Positions 50,951 to 61,699 of a DNA stretch of 64,000 nucleotides are shown here, piece after piece. The notes below the pieces were generated by a model, which saw only the letters and a program-made list of their open reading frames with translations, was not told where the DNA came from and made no database searches. Numbering within the stretch: position 1 is the stretch's first letter; the number at the start of each line of letters is the position of its first letter. The stretch covers positions 64,420,001 to 64,484,000 of the forward strand of contig NC_087437.1 in assembly GCF_036321535.1 (NCBI RefSeq), given 5' to 3'. This DNA comes from Camelus dromedarius. Its lineage: Eukaryota. A program made the position numbers and the translations under genes.

Positions 50951-51034
50951 GTTCTGTTTGTTCCCAGACACTGGTGGCATTATGTGGAATCCATTGATTC
51001 TGTCACAGTCAGTATAAACTCATGGATTGAACTG
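50951..51034 (+). CDS. HSPBAP1: HSPBAP1 exon 6 (84 nt), encodes the distal JmjC His (H257)
   Basis: Acceptor ttttcAG; VLFVPRHWWHYVESIDSVTVSINSWIEL; donor CTG|GTAATT. Confidence 0.95.
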
Positions 51035-52094
51035 GTAATTTTTTTTTTATAATAAATGTGATCTCCTTGCTTTTAAGATACACGACACCTGTCTGTAGAA
51101 CTTGGTGATAAATTTTAACCAACATTCCAGTATGACTTTGTTTCGCTGTGCTGTAATTTATGTATTCTGTGCTCTGTTAATGGATGGTGAGGTTGGAAAT
51201 AGGATTTTTGTGAGGCACCACTCTCTTTCTTTGAAGGGCACATGGTGGGCCCTGGTGTTGGTGTGCCAGGTCTTCTCCCTTGACCAGTGTGGTCAGGAGA
51301 ATTGTGCTGGGCTTGGCTGCATCTGCCACATGCTTCCCACATTGCTGGTCCCCTCCACACCATCTGGGCTGGAAATATCTGCTTCTTGGTTCAGGGTCCT
51401 CATTACTAATTGCAGAAATCCCAGTCCTGACTTACACATTTTCTCCAAGCAGTCTTTCAGCACTGGGTTTTTAACATTTCATTTCTGCCAAAGGCTTTTC
51501 CCCTCCAGTATGCTATGCTTCATCCTGGCTGCCTGCTTGACTTGACAATTAGAATGGCTGCCATGGCTCAAGTCGAGGCTACGTTGCATCTGTGCACTCC
51601 TTAACCAGAGGCTTTGATTGCACCTCTGCCCTCGTTAACCTGAGGCCTTGAATGCATCTCTGTTCTCCTGTACGCAAAGCCTTGATTGTCTCACTTCTCT
51701 TTGGCTGCTGCACCCTTCCCCACTCAGTCAGGCTTTTCTTATCCTTTGGTAATGAGAAGAACTTTGGCATAGGGGGAGCATAAGGATACTGTAACAGGAA
51801 GCTCTACTGTGTGGGCTTAGAAAAGAGTTGCAGCCTTTGGGTGAGAGATACAACAGGAGATCAGTAGACTCACAGTTAGAAATTCTGCTTGCAGCGTGCT
51901 GAATTGGAATCAGAGCAATGTCCACTCCTAGTGCCAAAGTCCCATCTCCAATAGCCTCGGCAGATGCTTTGCCTCCCAGGATGGCTCATTCCATTGCTGA
52001 GCAGTGGAGCTGTCATCTGCCTGCTTGTAACTGTACCCATTATTTCTAAAACTATACAGAATATTTTTTCTTTTTTAAATATGTGAAGGGGACA

Positions 52095-52910
52095 TCTTTT
52101 ATGGTTGACATCTTTCACTTAGTATAACGTTTTTAAGAATCGTCCACATAGCATGTTTCAGTAGTTCGTTCCTTTTTTATAGCTAAAAAATATTTTATTG
52201 TATAGCTATACCACGTTTTGTCTATCTGCTCGTCAGTTGATGGACATTTGGGTTGTGTCTGCTTTGGGCTGTTATGAATAATGCTGCTGTTAACATTCGT
52301 GTACAAGTTTTTGTGTGGGTGTATGTTTTCATTTACCTTGGGTTTGCACGTAGAAATGGAATCGCTGGGTCACGTGGTACATGAGCCCAGGGCAGGCCAG
52401 CTGACGGGAAGTTCAGACAAGAGTTGAAGTTGCAGTCTGGAGTCCAAAATCTGTGAGGCTGACTGGCAGGCTGGAAACTCACTCAGGATTTCTGTTACAA
52501 TCTTGAGTCAGAATCTCCTTATTCTCTTGATTTTGCCCTTAAAGCCTTCAACTGATTAGATGAGGTCCACCCACATTATTGAGGATAATCTCCTTTATTT
52601 AAAGTCAACTGACTGTAAGTGTTAATCACATCTACAAAATACCTTCACTGCAGCATCTAGACTAATGTTTGACTAGACAGTTGGGCACCATAGCCTAACC
52701 AAGTTGACTCATAAAATTAAATATCTTGTAGCTCTACACTTAACCTTTTGGGGAATTGCCAGGCTGTTTTCCAGAGCAGCTGCACCATTTACATTCCCAC
52801 CAGCAATGTGTGAACGTTCTGATTTCTCCACATCCTCACCGACACTTGTTATCTGTCTTTTTCATTATAGCCATCCTAGTGTGAAATGGTGTCTCATCTT
52901 GGGGATTTGC
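52095..52910 (-). mobile_element. L1MB-like fragment interrupted by an MLT2-like LTR (~52381-52727)
   Basis: L1 text ...gaatcgctgggtcacgtggta resumes as ...gctctacacttaaccttttgggg. The insert carries the MLT2 signature gccttcaactgattagatgaggtccacccacattattgagg...aagttgactcataaaattaa. Confidence 0.7.
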
Positions 52911-52939
52911 TTTTTTGAAAGTTTAAAATGAATGTTATG

Positions 52940-53640
52940 TTTCTCAGATTCATCTATGTTGTCACCTTTAGCTGTTTCACTGTGGTGTAATATCTTCTTG
53001 TGTTAATGTACCACAATTTATTGGTTCATTTTTCTGTTCGTGGATAATTGGGTTGTTTCCAATTTTTGCTTTTATAAATAGAATATGCTTGTACACATGT
53101 GCAAGAGTTTCTCTTGAGAATATGTATATTTCTAGTAGTAGAATTGCTGGTCTGTAGGGTATACAATATTCAAATTTATAAGATAATGCCAACATGTTTT
53201 CCAGATGGCTCTATCAGTTTGCACTCCCACCATTAGTGTGTAAGATTTCCGTCAATGCCCATTTCTCCACCGTTTGGAATTATCAGACCCTCTTTTGCCA
53301 GTTTTATGGGTTTCTCAATTTGCATTTCCCTGATTATTAATGAAGTTAAGCTTTTTTTCATGTGTTTATTAGTAGTATGATTGTTTTCTCTTTTTTTTGA
53401 AATGTTTGTCTTCATGTCTTTTGCCCATTTAAAAAAATTGGATCATTTGTCTTGTTGATGGGTGCAGATTCTTTATATATTCTTCACATTCATCTCATAT
53501 AATTATACGTGTTACAGACATCTGGCTGGTTTTTTTCCTTTATGGTATCTTTTGATGAACAAAAGTTACTGATTTTAATGTAATTTATCATTAATGCCAT
53601 GGTTTATACTTATTGTGTCCTTAAAAAAACAGATTAACAT
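52940..53640 (-). mobile_element. Old L1 (L1ME-like) remnant
   Basis: gtagaattgctggtctgtagggtat...tttgcatttccctgattattaatgaagtt. Confidence 0.6.
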
Positions 53641-54060
53641 GTTTAGCCATCTCATTCTTGGGGCCATGCATGTGTGTTATAATTTTTTCCCATTCCTCAA
53701 AAAATTAGCTCATCAAACTCTGTAGGGATTATCCCTCTGTATGTAATATTTTTTTTCTTTTAACTTTGAAGACGTCAGAGAATGGAAAAGATGGGAAAAA
53801 AATATCCCAAGGTGGTTCATATTTGAGGCCTATGTCTTATAGACAGGATACTGGTGAGCATTCTCCAGCTCTTCCAGGTGGCAGAGGATAGTGAATGCAT
53901 AAAAACTGTGGTCTTGCCAACCACATATTCATTCCTTCAGTAACAAAGCTGATGTTAATGAGAGAACAGAACATACAATTCAGAGACTCTACTCTCTGTT
54001 TTAAGCAATGAGACACAGAGACAAATGAAAAACTGTCTTTTTTTTAAAATCTCAACTTAG

Positions 54061-54171
54061 GAAGAGGACCACCAAGCCCGCGTGGAAGAGGCAATCACCC
54101 GCATACTTGTGTGTGCCCTGAAAACTGCAGAGAATCCCCATAACACCAGAGCTTGGTTAAACCCAACTGAG
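54061..54171 (+). CDS. HSPBAP1: HSPBAP1 exon 7 (111 nt)
   Basis: Acceptor cttAG; EEDHQARVEEAITRILVCALKTAENPHNTRAWLNPTE; donor GAG|GTAGGC. Confidence 0.95.
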
Positions 54172-54296
54172 GTAGGCCCTTCTGGCTTTCATCATGGCTG
54201 TGAGTGTCCTGTGATAAATCAACCCTGGCCAGGACATTTCTTTTCCAACTTATGTAAGGGCATATAACCATTTTAAAAGGTTTTTTTTTTCCTTAG

Positions 54297-54827
54297 GTTG
54301 AGGAAACATCCCATGAAGTCAATTGTCGCTACTTAAATGGAGCAGTTTCAGCTTTTTTTGATCATTATGGAACATCTCAGGTAGTAGAAACCCAAGCACT
54401 GAGAACAAACAGAGAGCGCAGGATAAAGGAAGAGTTAAATATGCACAACCACATGGAGGCAGAACCAACTGGAAGACCCAGCTTAACCTCGGGAACAGTG
54501 AAACAGGAAGCAGCAAGTCCCTTTGGCCCTGATCTGGTTCCTGTAATACCAAGTTCCCAAGAACCACCCTCAGAAAGAGGAGGCATATTTGAAAGGGATG
54601 GTGAAGACTTTGTTGGCAAAAATGGAGGACGCTTGGGAAAACTGCATTGTACCAAGAGGCAACGAATGGTAAGTGAAAGTGAGAATGCAGCTGTGGAACA
54701 GACCGCTTCAAATAGCGCCCTGGCCCCTTCCCAGACATTCATTTCTACCGATGACTTGCTGGACTGCTTGGTAAATCCACAGGTGACCAGGATAGTGGCA
54801 CAACTTTTGATTCAAAGAAGTTTGTGA
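54297..54827 (+). CDS. HSPBAP1: HSPBAP1 exon 8, last coding exon (531 nt including TGA)
   Basis: Acceptor ttccttAG after a 125-nt intron; VEETSHEVNCRYLN...FISTDDLLDCLVNPQVTRIVAQLLIQRSL*. The eight exons sum to 1467 nt = 488 aa with consistent phases. Confidence 0.95.
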   Translation, partial: VEETSHEVNCRYLNGAVSAFFDHYGTSQVVETQALRTNRERRIKEELNMHNHMEAEPTGRPSLTSGTVKQEAASPFGPDLVPVIPSSQEPPSERGGIFERDGEDFVGKNGGRLGKLHCTKRQRMVSESENAAVEQTASNSALAPSQTFISTDDLLDCLVNPQVTRIVAQLLIQRSL

Positions 54828-54864
54828 ACTCTAATAGAAACGTTTTTAAATAATATAATTTTTA

Positions 54865-54870
54865 AATAAA
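54865..54870 (+). terminator. Candidate HSPBAP1 polyadenylation signal AATAAA (very short 3'UTR)
   Basis: First canonical hexamer, starting 38 nt after the stop codon. Confidence 0.55.
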
Positions 54871-55085
54871 AGATGGAACATCAAAAGGTCAATTTGCACA
54901 TTGGTATAAATATACTATTCATACCAGTTACATTTTAGTCTCTGCCACCTTCTTGCATACATACTGCTCTTCAGCCATCTGTAGGCCTCTTTGTTAGTGC
55001 CTTTCCCTCCCTTCTCACCCCTTCAGATCTCAAATGTAAGCCCCAAGTGTTCTCAACAAGAATTAGTCTTTCCATCAGCCTCAAG

Positions 55086-55273
55086 CAGGGATCAGCCTGC
55101 TATTTTTTGTAAACATAGTTTTATTGGAACACAGCCATGCCATTCATTTACATATTATCTATGGTGGCTTTTAGGGTTACAGTGGCAGAGTTGAGTAGTG
55201 ACTGAGACTATGTGGCTTGCAAAGTTGAAAATATTCACTACGTTCCCTTACAGAAAAAGTTTGCCAGTCCCTG
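55086..55273. mobile_element. MER58-like hAT MITE
   Basis: Terminal inverted ends CAGGGA...TCCCTG; internal ttttattggaacacagccatgcccattcatttac-type segment. Confidence 0.7.
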
Positions 55274-58169
55274 ATCTAATGCATCCTTTGGGTGAATTCT
55301 AGCCTTGTTCTGAAGTGATCACACTTCTCACACCGGCAGAATTCTCACTGGTTAACCCCCGTCATCCAGAGCAGGACACCAATCAGGAGAAAATAGGTGG
55401 GGGGGTCCTATTTGAGGCCTCCTGGTGGAAGGAACTGGAACATCTAGGAACACCAGCCTTGGGAATAAAAAGGGCCAGATGCTACTGACTCCTGAAACTA
55501 AGTAAAAGCTTGGTGTAGTGAAATTGATCCCACTCTCCATTACATTTGGAAGAAGATGTGGGGATAACTGTTACTGTCTAGGAATTTAAAAATGATAAAA
55601 ACACTGATCTCAGTAACCATTTATCAAACAAACACATAACAGAAAAGATGCATTAAAGTCACCTTTGAAGAAGAATTGACTTTGCCCCATCCTTCTCAGT
55701 CTTCACACTGAGGGTATCAGTAAATCCAAAGAAAATATGTGCTCTCTGGGAGGAAGGGAGGTGAACATGCCCAGGAAAAGAAGGGTCTGGAAAAAACCCT
55801 TCTGTAGCACTTACCACCATCTGACCACTGTAGATACTTTTACCTCGTATGATGATTTTCTGTCTCCCCCAACGAGAATGCTGCTGCATGGGGTTTGGAC
55901 TTTGCTTTGATTATTGCTGTATTTGCAGAGCATTGATCAGTGCCCAGCACATGGTAGGTGCTCATTCCATATTTGAGTGGACTATTTTAAAAAGGAGAAC
56001 TCGTTGGCATTACTCCATCAAAAACATTGGGTCAGAGGATGTTGTAGCTAAGGGCAAGATGCTTGTTATCTGTAGTAGGTATACCGCCATTGCAGAAATA
56101 GATACATCTTTGTCTTCAGGCATTTTTTTGATCTCTGCTACTCCTCTGACCATTGTTTTTCAAATTGTAGATTGTGACTCGTTAGCAAGTTATAAAATCA
56201 ATTTAGTGGGTGAGACCAGCATTTCTTTTTAATGGAGCAGAATAGGTCATTTCAGTGAATTCAGTAGTAAATATAAGTATTATTTTGTGAAACTGTCTAG
56301 GGAAAAAATTTTTTTCAGGGTAAATACATTTCATAAAACTTTCCAGTTATACCTGTGTATGTACTGGGCCTGATATAAAATGTATTTCTTAGCGTAGGTT
56401 GGGTCTGTTTGGAGACAAAGTATTGAATTCAGTGAGAGGTAGACCTGGGGAGAGAGTATGAATGGACTCTAACTGTAAACAGGTGTTGAGAGATAATTAT
56501 CTAATTTTCTGCCGATAGCAGTTATGACACAGCAAGAGACCCTAGCTATCTGCCAAGGGGCAGGATGAGAGAAGACAAGGTAGTGAAAGGAGGTTGTCAG
56601 CCACCAAGATGGGTCCCATTTCATCCTGCAGTCCTCAGATGAGCACACCTGAATGAATGAAATCAACTATTAAATAAATACAGTGACCCTCCAGCGGCCA
56701 GAGGGATTGAAGAGCCTAAGCTCAGCGTTACACCTGAAGTCACAGCGTCCAGTATCTGCAGGGCCGACCTGTGTAGCAGGCAGTGGCCAGGGCCCCTGAG
56801 CTTTTAGGGTCTACAAAAATGTTTCACCTTTTTTTAATCAAAAAAAAAGATATCATCCAGCTTCTTCTATAGTCACATTTATATCAACGCAGTTGTAAAG
56901 TACAATTTTTAATACTTTTTATGCAGTAAGGGGCTCACAAAGGCAGAAGTGCCTGAGGCACATGAAGGTCCTACACAGCTCTGGGCATCAGGGGTATCAG
57001 AATCGTTTGAGGCTTGCTGAGAATGCAGCCATCTGGGCACCGCTCTAGAGGTATAGCACCTGACTCCTTCGGGATGGGCCGGCACTTACAGGCTCTCCAA
57101 ACTCCTCAGGTGATTCAAATAGCACAAAAGTTGAAGACTCTCTGGCCTTGGAGTAGACCACCCAGACCTATCACCAGCTCAGAGTGGGCTTGTTTTAGCA
57201 GGGCTGCTTGTTGGGGTCAGTTTGCCCTCCTCATTTACTAACTAAATCTGTCCTGTGCCCTTGCTGTAATTTTCAGCTGAATAGTATTAGTACTCTGAGG
57301 ATCCCTTGATGCTGTCATTTTAGTTGTAGTCTTTTATCAGCAGTGGCCTGTTTATTATCAAGCTCTCCTGTATTTGCCTTTAAGGATGAAGATGTTTAAC
57401 CACCAAAGAACATTTTCTAAGTACTTTAGTCAAAAAGGAGGAAATGACATATTTCTTTACTTTAAAAGAATTTGTATTGAAGTCTAGTTGATGTACAGTA
57501 TTGTATGTTACACATGTACAATACCGTGATTCACCTTTTTTAAAGATTATACTCCATTTATAGTTATTATAAAATACTGGCTATATTCCCTGTTGGATGG
57601 CATATTTCTTTAGGTTGAGGGTCACTATAACATTTACTGACTGAGTCATTATACTTCGGTGCCATACACCCTGATATTCAGCCTTGCCCTAAGGTAACCA
57701 AACCACTGGAGAACAGGAGCAAATTCAAGAGAAGGTCTTGCCTTTTTATTCCTTACAGTCATTGTCAAACCCAAGTTCAGATGCCAGTGGCTGAGAAGCC
57801 ACTCCTAAGCAATCAGATGTCTTTGCCAATCCACTTAAAAAACAGCAACAGCAAGAAAAATTTCAGGTCGTCTGTATTTAATGAAGCAGCAACTGTTGTC
57901 CCCTCAACCTCCTCTACTTGAAGTGCCAGTGTTGTTCCCTGGGGCCAGGGAAGAGCACCTTTATCCTCCTGGAGACCTGAGCCTCCAAGTTCACCATCTT
58001 CCCTGGCTCCACATGGGCATAGCTCTACACTCTTGGCCTCCAGAGCTTCAAAGGGAGAGACCCTACCATGAAAACCAAAGCCATAAGGGACAAGACCAAG
58101 GAAAACTGACAGTAACTCACAGATTGTCTGAGATGTTCTTCAGTCAGTCACATTAATCTAGAGGCCATG

Positions 58170-58420
58170 TTCTGTACTGGGAAGAACAAGGGGCTTGATG
58201 ACACAGAGACCCAGATTCAACTGCTGGCTCTGAGGGCTATTACCCAGGGGACCTCAGACAAGGAAGCTTCTTGCACTCTGAGCATCCATTTCCTCAACCT
58301 TAAAATGGGGATATAATTCTTACCTCACAAGAGTGTTTGAGGAAATAAAATAAATACTGTATGCAAAAGCACCCGTTACACTACCTGGTATGATCTAGGC
58401 GCTCAATAAATTGTTTGAAT
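58170..58420 (+). mobile_element. MIR-family SINE
   Basis: ctctgagcatccatttcctcaaccttaaaatggggatataattcttacctcacaagag...ggcgctcaataaat. Confidence 0.7.
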
Positions 58421-59223
58421 CTGAAACTGGCCCAGAGAAGTTAAAAAAGAAACTTTCCATTACCATCCAATAGATACTGAGTTAGCAAATTAGCAATATG
58501 ACTGCTTAATTCCTTTGGTTTATTTATGCACTTTAAAATCACCAAAAGCTAGGCTGCCAAGGAAAATATGCTATTTAATATCCTTAGATTCATTTAATCT
58601 TAACATAGAAGGTTTCACACTGAAGATGAGCGGGCATTACACTTTTTTTCCATTGGGCAGAACTAAGACTATGAGTAGAAGCTATAAGAAGGCAGATTGG
58701 GGTTCAATATTAAAAAGGTCCAATCGGAGACAGGGCTGCTGTGGTGCACAACTCCATGGAACACAATTCACCTCATCCCCAAGCTGGACCACAGCCCCTG
58801 GACTGTGATGGGCACGGCTACACTGCCCAGAGCCTTGACCCCGAGCTGTCCCACGTGCCGTAGACTGGTTCGTGAAGAACAACTTCCCTGCCGCAGAATC
58901 TCTGCAATTTGAGGTGAAGTGACAATAAGTCAAGGGTGTTGAAGAGATGGTTCTCATTTTGCTTAGGAGCCTGACTGGGCTTTTTCGTTCTTAATTGGTT
59001 TATGAAACACTTAGGAAGCACCCATTGTACATCAGGCACAGACCTCAGCTCAGGGATAAAAAGTAAGGCACCATTCGTGCTGCCTGGGAAGAAAGCAGCC
59101 CTACCCACTTAGTAATACTGTGCTCCCCGCAGCATGGAGTCCTGACATGACACCTGCTGTCTCTCCGTGGCAGCTGAAATTGCATCGCTGTGTCCTCTGC
59201 CTTTAAGATTAGTGTTATTCTTT

Positions 59224-59305
59224 GGGGTGGGGGTATAGCTCGGTAGAATGTTGCTTAGCATGCTCAAAGTCCTGGGGTCATCCCCCAGTTTAAAGAAAAA
59301 AAATT
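59224..59305 (+). mobile_element. Vic-1-like SINE, antisense to PARP14 and downstream of its stop
   Basis: ggggtgggggtatagctcggtagaatgttgcttagcatgctcaaagtcctgggg; imperfect TSD taagatt(agt/aa)gttattc. Confidence 0.8.
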
Positions 59306-59424
59306 TTTTTTAAGATTAAGTTATTCCCTCCTTTCCTGGAAATACAAACCTGTATTTCCACAGATCTGATATCCATGGCTGTGAACACACAGTTGTAACT
59401 GGTTACCCTATTTAAATTCTCAAA

Positions 59425-59430
59425 TTTATT
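59425..59430 (-). terminator. Candidate proximal PARP14 poly(A) signal
   Basis: AATAAA on the minus strand about 180 nt after the stop, with a UG-rich TGTGTGTT tract roughly 35 nt further downstream. Confidence 0.45.
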
Positions 59431-59610
59431 GCTTTCAAGACAGGTTCATTCCAGTTATGAAGGAGAAGCTGAAGAAAGTCTGATTTCACTGACAAGGATC
59501 CTTTGATTTTAGAAAAAGCTGTTAAGAGAAGAAAAAAAAAAACCCTACCCTTGCTTTACAGTTAGATAATGTATAGACGAATAATATTTTCTGTAAAGGA
59601 TACCAAAATG

Positions 59611-59900
59611 TTATCGTATGAAAGTAATGAGGTACTCTGGGTAAGCCTGGTAGTCATAAAATACCACGAATAAAGTTGGATTTTGCACACAATCTGTGAC
59701 AGTGTCATATGAGTCAGTAGGATTTGTCTGATCCTTTAGAGGAGGCACAATTAATGACATATGTCCACGTGTGTAGATTCCAGTAAGTACTCGCACAAAA
59801 TACATGCGCTTCCTCCCATTCATGTCTGGTCTGGAGTATGTATCATTGGCAGAATAACTGGCATTGACAGCAAAATAGGTTCCCTTTCCAAATGCTGTAG
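59611..59900 (-). CDS. PARP14: PARP14 last coding exon (290 nt), C-terminal part of the mono-ADP-ribosyltransferase catalytic domain
   Basis: Acceptor ctcttcac[43 protein letters not shown]...[23 protein letters not shown]. Matches the macro-PARP C-terminus; position next to HSPBAP1 favours PARP14 over PARP15. Confidence 0.9.
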
Positions 59901-60247
59901 CTGTGAAGAGAAAAACAAGACATTTTTAAGGATTTCAATTTAGTCTATAATTTGAAACATGTTGACCCAATATGTCAAAGAATGTTTAAAATAATGTTCA
60001 GTTCTCTCTAAAGCCTCTTAAAAAAATTTTTGTTTGTTTTTAATTTAAAAAAATCATTCCTCCACCCCAGAGGGCCAGTCAGTCTCTTTGAGATGACACA
60101 TAGTGAGTCCATCCTAAAGTCTGGGCTGTAACAGGGCCCCCAGCCATGAGAGGAGAACACAGGCCATCCCCACTGCCCCTGGCCAGCTCAGGTTCTCATG
60201 CCTGACATCCACCTCCTTTGGAGCAGCCCCATTACGTGCTTCCTTAC

Positions 60248-60422
60248 CATTCTTTCCAGCATAACTGCGGTTGAAACCTTTTCCATTGACAAGTGGCACT
60301 GACTCCACATCTGTCCCATGGAAGAGCAGCTTCTCATTTATTACTTGTCCATTCTTGGCATCCATGTTGTTTTTCTTTGTCTGGTAGTTCTTCCAGAGAT
60401 CTGGATTCTGGATTCTCTCAAT
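60248..60422 (-). CDS. PARP14: PARP14 penultimate coding exon (175 nt)
   Basis: Acceptor tttgc[60 protein letters not shown]; donor ATG|GTAAGG; phase 1 matches the last exon; contains the catalytic FHGT His. Confidence 0.92.
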
Positions 60423-61699
60423 CTGCAAATCAATAAGGAAAATTGGCAGTCAATGCCAAGAACCCTTGGCAAGATACAGCAAATGAAACGTGACCACTGG
60501 TTTTCAGAAGCATAAATTACAGTAAACAGCAAATCCAATTCCAGATGGCAGCTTTCTGCATTCAGAACTCTTCTTAGATCCAGGGTTTTAAAAAACATGC
60601 CTTGGTAAGACTGTTAATTTAATTTAAAATTACCTTTTATGCAACACATGAGAGCAAACAATGTTTAGGATCTTAAGTCCTCATTGTATGAACGTGGTCC
60701 ACCAAGCCTCTCCAGCTCCTAACTGTTCCCATTGCTACCTACCTCACTTAGTCACTTTCCCTCTCTCCTCCCCAGCCCTTCTGGGATACTGGTTTATCTA
60801 GCCATGCTCTAACAGTGGGAGAAGCACTAGAGTGTCTAGGCAAGAAGGAAATGAATTAATGGAAATTAATCTCTGGCCCAGCTGGAAGAGTGGGGCATGA
60901 ATCCTGGCGGGAGGGAATCTTGTTATACACCAAAGTGGTTATGCTTTGCCCATACTTTTGGGCAGTGGCCTCCAGGGCTGTGCTGGAACTCCATGGGTCT
61001 TGGATTGCAGGTCAGTTTCTACACTCCCCTAAATTGCCGGGTAGTGGCAGTTTCATAAGGTTGACTTGGGAAAGAGTGCGGGATGGCTGAGAGGGGCTAG
61101 GCCCCTCATGGGGAGGCACAGGTGAAGGTTCCATTTGGTCAGAATCTTCTTCCAGTCCAGAGAACTCTCAAGTCTGACACCATTATTACCTGACTTTATC
61201 TGGTTCTTTTTTTTTTCTTCCAGTTTTGGGTTTCCCATTTTTAATTAAGATACAATGTGCCCTCTAGTTCCAAGTCTCAGCATTATCATGTATTTCATTG
61301 ATCTGATTTATAATTTTAAAATTTATTTTTCCTTTTACCTATAACTAAGTTTCTAATCTTAAACCTGCCTACTTCCATTTTATTTCCATTTACCTTAAAT
61401 TTTACTTATTTTACTCATTGTTAAAGCCTTAAAAATTGCTTCTTACAGAGTTTTAAAACCATTCTTAATTTCTTAGTCTTTTCATTCTTGTTTCTCACTC
61501 TCTTTTCTTATATATGCTGCTGAAGTGAGCACTGACCCTTTTAAAATTTAATAACCACACAGAGAGAAGAATTACTTCAAGTAATTTTTAACATGGTAAT
61601 CTGATTCTATATTCCTACTGGGATGCATTCTAAGGTTAAAAAAAAAAAGCACTGCAAATAAATCTTAAGCTTTACTTAGGAGGCTTATTTAAGCAGCAG

